A DNA stretch of 64,000 bases, from positions 4,030,001 through 4,094,000 of the forward strand of contig NC_092671.1 in NCBI RefSeq assembly GCF_964355755.1. Direction: 5' to 3'. The notes below the pieces were generated by a model, which was not told the origin of the DNA, made no database searches, and saw nothing but the letters and a program-made list of their open reading frames with translations. Below, one piece after another: positions 26,431 to 43,700 of the stretch. Made by a program: the position numbers and the translations under genes. How positions within the stretch are numbered: the first letter of the stretch is position 1; each line of letters opens with the position of its first letter. Source of the stretch: Antedon mediterranea. Its lineage: Eukaryota > Animalia > Echinodermata.

Positions 26431-27668
26431 GAACATTTAATTAAAAGATTTCCAAAATTCTGAAAGTGTGTTAAATAAAAAGTAACTGAAAATGCGGAAA
26501 ATTGTATTGGTTTTCTTGTTTGAATATGTGCAATGATTGCAAACTCATCAAAACAGTAAGTAAACATTTAAATTGTTTTTTTATAGTTATTTGGATTTGT
26601 GTGTGTCCCCTGAACGGAGGTTAGCAGTGTGTTCACATTATACTACTCCTCGTTCATTTTACAGGAAGGTTTGCAATGTTAAAGGGCCAACTGAGACAAA
26701 TTTACTTCTAGGTTGGTCTACATTTTTATGCTCTGTATTTGTATGGCATTGATGAAATAAATGTTTCTTGGATTTGAATTTAATAGGGGTGCCCTAAAGG
26801 AGGGATTCTTCTACTGTTCTTATGAGCCATCTATTTGTACTTGTGAAAACATTCTTGTAAACACAATTACAACACAGAAGTTAAATTACAAAAACAATTT
26901 ATTCCTAATTTGTACAAGAAAAAAAAATATACTATACACACAAACATTCTTGCATGCACATACAGGCTAGGATCATTCATAAAGTAGAGCCCCTATTAAG
27001 GGGACAACTTAAGGACTCAAGAAATAAGGTCCTTAGTTAAAACATATATTTCCTCTTGTTCTAGTTTTACAGGAAAGTGTTCCCTTAATATGGGTTTAAC
27101 AAAAGATTGATTCTAATGTATAATCAACTCTCTAAAAACCTAATTTAAAATAAGAAGTTATTTTATCATTAAAAATACACTAAAAAAACAGGTAAACATT
27201 TTGTTTTTATGCCAGGTGTTGGGTAGTCGAGTTACATACATTATGTCGTTTTTAACATTTAGCAGCACATGTTTTAACCATTACAGAACTTATATGGTTA
27301 GACATTCATATACATGATCTGTTGTAGGTTATACATTTCACGACAACAAACGGCTAGACCTGAGCTATTATGTAGAAGTTTATCAAACTCTTAATTTCAA
27401 CATATGTATCACAACAGACCCTGATATAGGTTAACAACTACAAATTACATTTATTAATTATACATGTATTCTTAACCACTGTAGTATTGCATATTACCGT
27501 TTTCTATTATAGATTTTAAAGCATTTACGATCTTAACCTACTTTTGCCTATACTAGACACAAAGTCTGCAATAAATACTCCCTCTTAATTGATTTTTATG
27601 ATAATGAATTAATAACTTCTCTAACGCTCTTACTATAAACTTGCAGGCATAGAAAAACTCAAAAGAGC

Positions 27669-27740
27669 TGGTTCAACTGAGATTCGAACCCGGAAGCATC
27701 TGCCTGATATGCAGACATCATACCATTAAACCACTGGGTC
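27669..27740 (-). pseudogene. tRNA-like sequence (pseudo-tRNA or SINE head)
   Basis: A box TGGTTTAATGG, perfect anticodon stem TCTGC/GCAGA, T-loop GGTTCGAATC, downstream T run; acceptor stem has 3 mismatches and the anticodon loop is non-canonical. Similar heads at ~20130-20200 and ~40410-40460. Confidence 0.5.
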
Positions 27741-28203
27741 TTTTATAATATGTTTCAAATTTATTTGGACAGCAACTTCTTTAACACCCTAAACATTTTA
27801 TAATAACTAGGGTGTAATAACTACACTAGTCATGTTATAACTAGATAATGTGTACAGAGGGGGTGGGGAGGGGTCTGCAAAAGGCACAACCCCCACCACC
27901 ACCTTAGTATAATCACTCATGCGTAACTTTTCTATAACCTCAATCATGCATATTATTAAAAATGAGTTTTTTTCTTCTACAAAATCCACAAGAAAATTGT
28001 ATATATTATTCATCTTTTAGACACAAACTTCTCAAAAATCATTCTGTACAAATTGACTCATTTCATTACGAACATCAAATGCTGATGAACATTTTCAATC
28101 ATATGAAATGCTGACTTCCATGAAAGAGATCTGTAATCATACTTCCATCCGTTCAAGATAATAAAATCAACAGTATTTCAGAGTTTATATTCAACATGTT
28201 TAT

Positions 28204-31427
<3,224 letters not shown>

Positions 31428-31782
31428 AGTCCAATGTTTCCTTTCAACTATGAACTAGTTGTAACGGCACGGCACTTATTAGTGTTTCAAATCAAATATT
31501 TCAATCGAAATTGTAAAAAAAGGTACAGTATAGCTTTTTCATGCCTGAATTCTTCGTTGAATATAGAATATAACAACAATGTGAAGGGCGCCCTCTATCT
31601 GTTTACGTACTTTTTTGGTTTTTTTATACTGCGCCCTCATTCTTTGTACTTGACAGGTTTGTTGGTTTGTGCATGGAGAAAAGAAGAGAATAGCAATCTT
31701 CTCTTCTGAGAATTTTTTTCACAGCCGCCGACCGGGCGTTTTCGTTCATTTTTAATGTTTATTAATACAAAGGCGGTATAAG
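31428..31782. promoter_or_regulatory. Bidirectional promoter region between FAM133 and alpha-catulin
   Basis: Divergent ATGs (31427 minus, 31783 plus) are only 355 bp apart, inside a locally CpG-retaining patch (~31150-32300). Confidence 0.7.
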
Positions 31783-34700
31783 ATGGCTTATGTTGACCGC
31801 CCTGGAGATATGAATGATTCGAAGGCATTAGAAATAAAAACAAAGTCAATTGAACAAACATTGGTGCCGCTAGTAACCCAGGTAAGACAATTACTGTCGT
31901 TTAATTTTCAGAGACCACACAACCAACCGGCCAGATTGGAGCTGAGGAGGCGGAGATGATGGTACACAGGGTAAACACACACAGAAGACACGGGAAGACG
32001 CAGACGTTTGTTGTCTCATCAGCTCACAAATTATTCAGGGCTAGGCCTAGGCTGGCCCAGGCAGCAATCCGCTCATCATCACCACACTGCTATATTAGAC
32101 AGTAATGTTGCAAATGAAAGGCAAATGTAGGTCTATATTATACGGAGAACTGCGAATTGCGGAAAAAGTGTAGGCTATTTATCATTGCGCAAAATTTTGG
32201 ATTTTGGACAAGTCTTATTCCAGGTTTTCTACAACAACGCATCAAATTATTTGTTTTAATTAAGAATCGTTTCTTATAATTGAGAAGTTGGGGTATGATT
32301 TAGTAATTGTTTTCTCCCACGAGAGGGGAGGGACATTGGTAGCCTGTGTAGTAGTAGCCAGATAGGTCTTTATCCCCATTCTACAATCTTTTTAGTTACA
32401 GAGCTTATCGTATCATGGCAAATATTCTTGAACACTATATTTTTCAATTAGGGTTAGGGTCTTGTACAGTGGTATAACAGCTATGAGGGCTCACTGGCTA
32501 AACCCAGTGGCCCTGGACCACTGGCTAAACCCAGTGGCCCTGGAACTTAAGGGGCCCCAGTGCATGAGCAACCACAATGTATCCAGTGTTGGACAGCCCC
32601 TTTGGTGTGCTAAACCAGGGGCCTTTTCCCCCTGTGTTACGCCTTAATGCATACAGTATTTACTAAAAACACTTTACGATAAACACTATTCAGAGTCATA
32701 AAATGGTAGCATTCATTTGTACAAGGTCAAATAACTTTTCAGAAATAAACACAAATATTCATCATAGAGCTTGGTTATTCTAGCGGTAGTAGAAAATTGT
32801 TATCATTATTTTTGAAAATTCCCAGGGTATAAAAAGTCTATTGTTTGATTACAGCCAGTAAACCACAAACAATAAACAGTGATCAAACAACAAACGGTGA
32901 TCAAATAACAAACAGAATTAGCACTATTAATATCACAGTATTAAACTCTGTCTACACTATATTATTATTAGTTTGACAAAAAAAAAGTGTGCAAATATGG
33001 TAGTAGTGATATGACATCATCATGTCCAAATATGGGCACATCACAATTGTTTGTCGCATGAAGTTTGATAGTGTAGACAGAGCTTTACTGTATTAACTAT
33101 TGAACTTTATACTTTGAATTGTAGTACACAGTAATCAGAAGAAAATCTAATTTAAAGAAACCTTTAATTCAAATCGTTAATGTTACTGTACTACTGTAGC
33201 TAAATTGTAATCATGATAAAGTAAGTACGATAACTGTAACTTCTGTATTAAACACATTATTATGAATGTTACCATAAATAGCACTGTATTCTGACTTCAT
33301 ATAAAGGCCAAGGCTGATTTAGGATAATATAGAGAAACTAATCTAATCAGTCAATTAAATAATATTGATAGGTTTCTTCTCATCACCTCTTAGCTTTTAG
33401 GTCAGAAGAGAATTACTGTACAGTCTGGCCTACAGTTAACAGTTAGTAGTCCAAATATAGATTGTAATGAAAATTATTATAGACTTTTAGCGTACACAAT
33501 TTAGGTTTATGGTGTGGATTATTATATAAATCGTAATTAAGCCTCCATTACTTGATAATTAAAGATATTAGGACATTTATATTTTGTACTTTTTAATAAT
33601 TGTAGTTCTAGGAAATATACTGTAAATCCTCTGGGCTGTGATGTTAACCCTTATTAAAAAGTACATTTAAATGAATCATGTATTTTTGTCATAATAAATT
33701 CTTCTGTATTGTTAACACATTTGTAGTGAGTGTACAGTACCTTAGTTAAAAATTTGGTGTGCTGGTTTATTATTTATAATGTGCGCTTATAGTACAACAG
33801 GCCTTGTCTTTTTAAAATTGTAGGTGTGCTACAAATTGCACTCCTCAATACATTCAGGGGTGCTGTAGGTGTGCTGTTTGTACTTTTGTGTGTAGAAGTT
33901 TACCATATTTAGGCGTGTTGTAAATCGCACTCCTCAAGGGCAGTTTAGGAGTGTGTTAGGTGAGTTATCAGACTCGCTCGCCTTAAAAGACCAGGCCTGG
34001 TACAGTTATGAACAATAACCATAGTCAACCCAACCCCTTCATACTTCTTGAATGTACTATACAATCTAAAATGATAAAAATACCAAGTTCAGTCAAGCAA
34101 GTCTCTCTACATTCAACTTTGTTTCTACTGTACATGCATACCAAAACATGATTGGAGTTTCTGATGCATTCTGAATGGACTTGCAAAATTCAAGTTTGAT
34201 TTGGGATTTTGGATACTGCATTACTTCAAAATAGTGATATCTGATGATAATTTAGTTTGTGCAAAATACAATGCTTCATTTGCTCTTTTGCTCAACATCT
34301 GGAGTTTTATTTAACAAATCAGTTGTTGAGCTTTCCAATAGCATTGATCCATTTGTAATATTGTTGTTGGTGGGGATGTACTATAAGTATTCTACATTAC
34401 AGACTGCACACAAGACATGATGTATAATAACCCTTCTACTGCTGTCCCAACACCCTCTAATCTAAAGCTTCGTCTACTGTACATTATCAAATTAGTTTGT
34501 TATAAAAATAAGTGTGATGTTCCCAAATATGGTAGTGATATGACATCATCGTGTCCATATATGGGCACATCACATTTTTTTTTATAGTTTGATAGTGTAG
34601 ACAGAGCTTAAGATCTGCACCAATGGATACTACAATGTCATGCTTGGTCCCAACATTGTGGCCTCTGATGAGTGTGGATATACTGTACATTCTATTCTAT

Positions 34701-37700
34701 ACAGAAAAATGTACACCAAATCATGGCATGCTGTAGTCTAATCAAACCAATAGTGAATTGCAATAATCCAGCCAATCTGGCCTGGCTGATGAATTGAAAC
34801 GGAAAATTTAGCACAAGTTTAATCTTCAAGTCATCATTATTAAAATTCTCTGGGAGTTTAAAATTCCTTCTGCAGTAAACATTTTGTCACGTACAGTACC
34901 ATCAATGAATTTTAAATTAGCAAATTATCAAAAAGGTTAAGTTGAGCTGCTTGATCTCAACAAAATTTATGAAGAAAAAAATATGGGGTGGTAATTTATT
35001 ACTTTTAGTAACGTATGCAGTAACTGTTAGCATGATGTTCAGATAGACCTGGATATCAGAAATTATTGAATTTCTTAAATATAATTCAAACCAATAGTTT
35101 GCCATATTTAATCCATCCCTAGATGTAAAACATTTTGAATAAAACTTAATAATTTATAAACAGTCAAATGTTTGCCCTACTCTGACGTAATTTGTACTTT
35201 ATTCTAAACATTGAGAATACCAATGGTGTACATGGATGCACTTTCATTCATTTAAAATTGAATTTTAAAACTCAATATTTATTTAGCCAATTCAGGATAT
35301 GCACCTTTGATCATTTCTTTTATAAGTGCCGCAATACTGTAGAAATGTTTGAGTATTCAGAGGTTATTTTCATACTACGTACTCTGCAGAATGATCTGGT
35401 CGACTGCTCCCAAAATTGAACTGAAAAGCAATTCAAATTCTCCGTCGAAGTTTTCAAGTCAAAACTAGAAAGCCACTCCGAGAGTGCATACCTCCGCCTA
35501 CTGTAAAATTCTCCTACATGAGATTTCTCCGGTAAAAAAAATATATATATATATTTGTGTGTCTTAATGCTGTTTGTGATTTAGGCTAATTTCATTACAA
35601 GCATGATGTGTATGCAAGTTTGGTGTAATGGTTATGTAACAAGCCTTTCAGTTAACAATAGCTTCAGTTGACTAACAATAGAACAGCAACGCGAAAATCA
35701 AACGAGTGAATTTGAAAAGAAATAGGTTTTTTAAACTACTCGCATAAAAAAACGTGCACATTAATTAAATCAAATTATGTTTTAAAATTACAAATCACAA
35801 ATTATATCTCTTGCCTCTTGTTGAAGTTTTTTGGACAAGTAGTTCTCGAGAAAATGCAATTTTAGTTTACTTTTTACTTTAAGACTGCTCGCCGGCTTTT
35901 TAAAAATTCTTTCCTATCTTTTAACACTAGCAGGTCTGAAAAAGTATACTAAAAAGTGGTCCAGAATTGGGACTGTGGTCCCAAATGGTTCCAAAATTTA
36001 ATGTAATGGTCCTTGACCACATATCTACAGTATCTGTCTATTCATTTTGGTAAAGATCTTGTAATTACTTTTTGAGTAAATCCTGCTAACAAACAAACAA
36101 ACAAACACCGATTACATATACCTCCTTGGCGGAGGTAAATTACAAATAAAACTACTTTTATGTAGTACAATTTTTTTCGTCAAACTATATAAACATTAAT
36201 TAAATAAATCACAATATTTACATAGCTTAAAAACTTTAACTATCACTTTATCAGTATAAACTACAGTGTATGCAGTATGCCTTTAATTTGATTATATAAA
36301 CTTTAAGCACATATTGCAGTTAAATTAAAACTATAATAAGTAAAGGTTGTAGGCAGTTTAAAATCGCTCAGGAATATTGGATTAGTTTTTAAGCCCAAAA
36401 ACCTGGCAAATAATATAAATAAATAATCCAGTGTATGATATAGTTTATTGGGCAATCATTATAATAATCTTACCATATTATTGATCTTTATAAGGATTAC
36501 TCTGGTTCACGAGTTCAGTCTTCAGTGTATTTCCGCCAAAAGCAAAAATTGATTGTACAGCACAGTTTCTTTTTCTTTATTTAAATTTGCACAATGTCCA
36601 TCAGATTTTGACCAGTAGCCTTGTATTTATGGACTTGTAATATTCCTAGGATAATCTGTAATAAAGAAGTTATAATTTGAGAGGAAACTTAAAGGTCAAG
36701 GGTTAATTTTCATTGGTCAATTCTAGTCACTTTTACAGACTTTTATTAACAAAAATTCTGCGGTCTTTTATTATATTACTAGTACAAATAAACAGTACTG
36801 TACTGTCTCCCAAAAATACCATTTACTGTAGGTTAATTTCAAATGGTTCTTTATTGCAGCAGTTTTAGTAACTCCAATCAATGTAAAGAGATCAGTATGA
36901 TGAGTGCTAAATGCAAAAATCAATTAAGCACTAAATAGTAATTAACTAAACTTATCCTTGAACTCAGCTGAACTTTACATTGCTAATTTGCCTGATTTAA
37001 CATTGATTGGTTTTTGTGTCCCAACTACTAGTACCATGTACAGTATACTGTACTACTAACCAGTGGCATGATTGACTCTTTCTTTGATGTGCTCAGCTAA
37101 ATTGGAACACAGTAGAATCCATTTTAAGAAGATACACTACATAATCCAACATTCTGTAGTTAATACTCTGAAGGGTTTCTCCATAATTATCTCTTAATAG
37201 GGCTACCCCTTAATATGGATGTCCCCTTAATATGGATGTCAGAAAGGATGTACAGTAGTGCCAAGTTGAATAGAACAGTAAGGCTTTCAATAAATGAACT
37301 TTTTTTTTCAACGAATACATAATACTGTAAAACACACTAAAAACTAAACTTTTATTCAATACTCTTTGAAAATAACATGATGCCAAATGATGCAAAATCA
37401 ACCAATGAAATTGCAAGTACTGTATCTGACTGTGTGTGTTTTTTTTATATTGTATTGGAAATTTATGAAAGAAATATTGAATATTTTTCAATACCCAAGG
37501 TAAATTATTCAAACGTCTACCTTTGGGAAAATAACTAATTAAAATTGATCACTTCCATCTTGTAAATAACTATACGGTATAGATTTCATTTTTTTGTCAT
37601 CGCAAATGAATAGTATAGTAATGCATTTTTAATGTATTTTAAGGAGCTAATATAAAGGAGAAATTAAAATGTTATTACTAGTGTAATGTTGTAATGTTTT

Positions 37701-40700
37701 ATTTCTAACAATTAAATACATCCTGATTTACGGCTTATTTAATGGTTGATTTGAAGAACATAATAGTCTACAGTACTTGTGATATTTCATGATCTGTTAA
37801 AATCTTATACGTATTTTATGACATAATATAATTGTAAAGTAGAATTAATTACATAAAATGAAATGGAGTAAATACTGTACTGTATAAAATATATGTACTG
37901 GCAAAATGCATTAAAAGAATTTTTTTAAAATTTTTTTTAACAAGCACATGTTTCTGCTGCTAGTAAATTAATCAATTGAATCATTTGAATAAATTAGCCA
38001 TTTCTTGGCAGCAGAAACAGGACAAAAATAAATAACCATTTAAATTGTGTTGGAACATCATAATCCAGTTATATCTGTACAAATAGCTGCAACAGAAATA
38101 ACAGATTGATAGTCTTCAATTCAATTCATCTTTTATTGATATAATATTTATATACCTCCAATGTCTAATTCATATAAAAACAATAGAAAAGTACAGACAA
38201 TATTTGTCTTAAGCTCTGTCTACACAAAACTAGCTTGACAAAAAAGTGTGATGTGCCCAAATATGGTATTGATGCTTATGGTTGGTAGTGATGACATCAT
38301 CAGGCACATCACATTTTGTTGTCACATAAAGTTTGATAGTGTACAGTAGACAGAGCTTTAGAATAATTTTGGCGTGAACCCCTAGTGTTTATGGTTTTAT
38401 CTGGTGGTACTAAATGTATTGATTTAAAAAACCTTTAACTAGTGGAATACGAAATTTAAAATTATATTTTTTCTAAAAATGATCGAGTCGGACTACTAAA
38501 GTCTAGATGAATACATTAGGTCCACTTTCTCAACATTGTTTTTACTCACGATAAGATGCAATAAAAAATGATGATACTCCAATTACAGGCCGATATTGCA
38601 TGCTAATTACATGCTTGGTTTGTACTGCACTATCAATAGCAATGTTTCCATGGCGTTGCAATTTTATCCATTGTTGATGTGATTTTTATAGGGTTATTAA
38701 ATTGAAGTTTAATATCGATTATTATTATTTAATATTATATTTGGGTTTTTTTTTTTTTTTATTATAATGATACTGTACAGTATTTACAAATCCTAATTAT
38801 TTTTCTAGTATAAAGATACTGTATGTGTACAGTTACTGCAGTAACTGACTGTACATTTTTTTACTGCAATACATACAGTATGATTTTATTTTAACAAATT
38901 GTAGTTACTGCAGTAACAGTAACTGCTGTAGAATCATCATTGACCAAACTTTAATTAATTTCAAATATAGCAATTAGCATACTAAAATTATGAAATAAGG
39001 TTAAAATCAGCGTCTGTTCAGTGTATGTACCTTTATGGTTAAACCAAAACTGCTACATTTCTGATGTTGCATGGCTGAAAATTAAATATTTAAAGTGATA
39101 GTGACAGTCATCGAGTTTGTTATTAAAATAATTTTTGTGGCACCATTTTATTTTTAACACAGTATACAGTAGCCTACAGTACTCTGCAATTGACTGCCAT
39201 AAGCTCTTTATACCTTTCATTCAATCTTATCCCTTCAGTCATAAGATTTTCATATTCATGCATTAGCGCTTTACAACACTACGTTCTTCTCTCCCCTGGC
39301 ATACTGATTCACACATTGTGTCGCCAAAACCAGTCAATCCCATCATGCATCAGTTATTCTGCGGTAATTAATGTAATTATTATACAGAACAGATGAAATC
39401 CGGAGCTTAACTCGAAAAGCAGTTGTTAAAAATTGGAGATGCATTGATGTGACAAAATCTAAATCAATACTCTACCATAGTATAGTATAACTATAGTATT
39501 ACAAAGTGGTTATTTAAAAAAAAAAAAAAAGTAAACATTGGTTTTTTGATGTACAGCATTAAATTTAAAGATGATACAAAGAAACAATTTGTAACAATTT
39601 AAGTGAGTGAGTGGCTGAGTGGAACCGTAATTATGTAGCCATAACATCGGCAAGGATTTGCGTCTCACTCGTTTCATAGTTCTGGTGTTAGAACAAGTCT
39701 TCTCGGATAAAGGACTATAAACTGTAGGTCCAGTGTACTAGCTCATGTGCACTTTGAAGATAGCATTCAAATGAGTAGGAGGTTACCCGGGGTACTATTA
39801 CACACATATCCAGCCACTGTCATAGCCACTGATCATAACTGGGGCCCTCTTGGAGACCATTCTTTGACTGAAGAGGTCACACCCAGCATAAATAAGAAAA
39901 ACTAAATTCCCATCACACATTCAACAGCAAGTAACGCACCAGTTACACGATGGAAAATATGTTGTACTAGTATAGCAGTATAAACTAATTTGAAGCTTTG
40001 TGGAGTAGTCATGGAATGGAGATACAGTATACCAATATAATAGCACTTCTGGTCTATGCAATCTACAGTATATTCCTTGTATTCATTGTTGGGTAAATAA
40101 AACAATTAAAAAATACTTTAATTTACTGTATCTTACTAAACAAATAATCACTTCCATATTGTGGAATGTGCTTACTAATTATCAGTTGGTTTAAAACAAT
40201 TTTAATTTGAGACATATGAAAGTGGAAGCCATTTGTAAAACAAGGCTTTGAATGCAAATAAGGGCCTCAGTTTAAAATGACACTTTAAAATACAGAGAGG
40301 AGATTTTGATTCGTCCCCTTTGGGACCCACAGTAGACATTGAAGCACTTGTACACCTAAATCAGTACCTTATAATTTGCCAATATAAAGCAATAGTCTTT
40401 GAATAATAAGATGATGGTTACAGAGCTTTTAGCTTATGATTCCTGGTTCGAATCTTGCTTTGATCGCATTTCTTTTAACTAAAATTCATTTTATAAAACA
40501 TACTGTATACAGTACTTTACTGTTTTATTGAAAAACTAGTGAGAAATTTACTTCAGAGCCTTTAAATATATTTTAGCACATTCAATTCAAGTATCAAACA
40601 CTGATTAACATACTGTACACATGTTTATATAGTACAGACATAGCAATAATTTATTTGAACCTACTTTGAACGGATTGCACATGTCTATTGGATCAACATG

Positions 40701-43700
40701 ACCAAACACTAAGGGGCAGTTTCTCTTAGAGAATACATTTATTAACTGTATTGATATATATTGTCAGAAATGGGTCCTTTAAAAAACTATGTTAAAAAAA
40801 ATGATCTACGGTTTTAAAAACTGAAAAAAATTGATGGATTGATTCTTGTCTCAATCATCAAAACTAGTATTAAAAATTATTCTCTGTAGCAATTTTTAGC
40901 TGCCATGTAATCTTGATGTCAATTTGGCCTCACCTCAGAAAGTTTTGTTTTTGACTACATCTTTATGGATAATAATGACAACATTACACAAACAACCAGG
41001 AATGATCAGCAGATCAGATTTTTAGGAAAATTGAACAGGCCCTGATAAACAACAACAAAGTTTTACCCCTTAATATCTCCATAAAAAAACAACAACCTAT
41101 TCCTTACTACAGAACCCTATCTATCAAAATGGCTATGTACAGTACAAGCCATGCTAAGTGCCTGTATGGCACTTTACCTGTCTCCGATCAAGGAGTTTGT
41201 GTTATGGATGGCTGTATTGCAAAATCTCCCAGTACTACAAATTTATACAGTTAAAACAATATTATACTGTGTCACTTCCATATTCATTAGCCTCTAATCC
41301 GACATCCATTATTGCTAAAATCATGTTAATTAAAACAAGAAGGACAATTAATTATTTCAGCAACGTAATGTAGTATTGATTTTCACAGATGAATAAATGA
41401 ATATGATTAAAACCAACAAAATATAACATTCAAAAGCTCAGTCTACACTGTCAAACTACTTTGACAAAAAAGTTTAATGTGCCCAAAAATATGGTAATGA
41501 TATAGTAGTGGTATATCATCATGTCCATATATGGGCACATCACATTTTGTCACATAAAGTCTGATAGTGTAGACAGAGCTTTAAGCTTAAAACACAAAAG
41601 TTTACTGATAATGTACAAATTAAGTAAAGAGTACTGATACAGTACTATCTGTAGATATGTAGCAGATATTAAAAGATATTAAAAAGCCATGGAGGAAATC
41701 TTATCTATTTCCTCCATGTACTGTATGAACAAAACAGGAATAGCCAAAGTTAAGCACTGTCTACAGTATCAAACTAGTTTGACAAAAAAATGTTGTGGCC
41801 AAATAATGGTAGTGATATTCCCAAATATGGTGGTAGTGATTATGTCATGTCCATATAATACTGTATGGGCACATCACATGTTTTGTCACATCAAGTTTGA
41901 TAGTGTGAACAGTGCTTTACAAGAAAATACCATTCTTTGTGTTTGTACTTAAACTCTTTCCTTCTTAATAGACGCAGGCCTTCATGTTGTATTCACATCT
42001 TTTGGAAGATTTATTAGATAATCTGGCTTCATTCTTAACATGTGTATCACAGGATGAAATTTAATTATGGTTATTGGATACAGGGGCGTGTTAAATTCTA
42101 AGCTAATTGGAAAACTTTAGTGATTCCTTCATAGAAATTGTCTCATAATTTAATATTAATTGATCGCTACTAAGATTTAGGTTATCTTCAATGTGATGTT
42201 TATTCATGGTTTTTAACACATTATCATTTGACGGTTGGTGTTATTCACAACTTGTATTTTGCAGCACTTATAGTAACACTAAATCTTTGATTTTATAGTA
42301 TGCTTGCTTGCTTGTAGTCTAAATATGTCTGAATTTGTAGTAGGAGTATTCTTTAGGATTGGGTAGTCGAGCAGTTAGGACACTTGACTGTCATACAGAG
42401 AGGCCTGGGTTCAATTCCCGACTCCCAGTCTCTCAGCTGTAAATGAGTACCTAGTTGAAAATACTAGGAGGATAAGGCGATGTGGAAAGGAACTGGCCAC
42501 CCTGCCACATAATGCAGCTCATTACCCTACAGTATGTTCAGAGTTGATTACGGGACCTTTACGATTACCTTTTACTTGCCCCAAGCGGTGATCCAACCTT
42601 GTTTATTTCTTTGATTTCATTGTTTTACCACAGTGACACATTATATTTTACAGAATATATACAACAATGTTAAAATAATTCTGCAATAAAAAAAAGTTTC
42701 AAAAAAGGATCCGTTAGGAGGCCAAAGTCGTGGCCACCATAAAGTAAATAAGTTTTTTTCAAATATTTACAATTTAACTTCGGCTTGTGTTCTAAAATTT
42801 AAAACAATTTTTCTTTATAACATTTAATGATGCAGTTTAAGCTACTTCACATTGAGGTAAATGCATTTTATGGTTTTTATAGTTTGCCGTCAATCTAACA
42901 AAAATCTATTATTATTAATCTTTTGTTATTAATGTTAAAAGCTTCAATGGTCTTCAAGTAAGAGCTGTGATTAAAGAAATGCTGCATAATGGAAAAAAAA
43001 GTAATTGTCATAGACCTTTACTTGTAGTAGTCTTGAAATTAACTACATACTACATAGAGTAGAAGTGGTCCTCTTATGACCAAACTATTATTGCTAATGG
43101 GAACAGAAAGAAAAGAGAAGAGAGAACATTATTCCACCTGCAGTATCCAACTGCATTTTTGTAAAATGTTAATTGCATATGATTTTAGTTTCTTTTACAA
43201 TAAGTATAGGGACCAAACAAAGTGATTCAATAGTCTTGAATAGAGGTTGGCCTATAGTGTTTAAAACATACAGTATTCCCTTGTTCATTACAGTACATCA
43301 ATCACTATTCTAGAATGTACAGTACCTACAGTACTACAGTAGAACCTCTATTAAGGGGACACTTTGGAACCCAAAAAAGTGTTCACTTATACTAGAGGTG
43401 TCCCCTGAATAGGGGTTGGCTGTAGTGAGTGTTGTCCATTGTCCCTTGTTTGTTACACATAAGAAAGTGTCCCCTTAATAGGTGTTGTCCATTGAATAGA
43501 GAGCCTGCTGCCTAAAGGGGAATTATGACATTTTAAACATTCCAAGATATCTGTACTTATAGTAGTATAGTGAAATGTTTTTTTTTAGGATGTGAATTAT
43601 AAAATAAACTCACATTTAGAATGTCTACAATTGATGTATCTTAGACTCCCTAAAGAATCGTAAAAATACTAATTTTAGTTTTCCTGTCTTTGGGATTTGG

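Noticed and set aside
27669-27740. Functional tRNA gene
   Set aside because: Acceptor stem is mispaired and the anticodon loop lacks U33; kept only as a pseudo-tRNA or SINE head.
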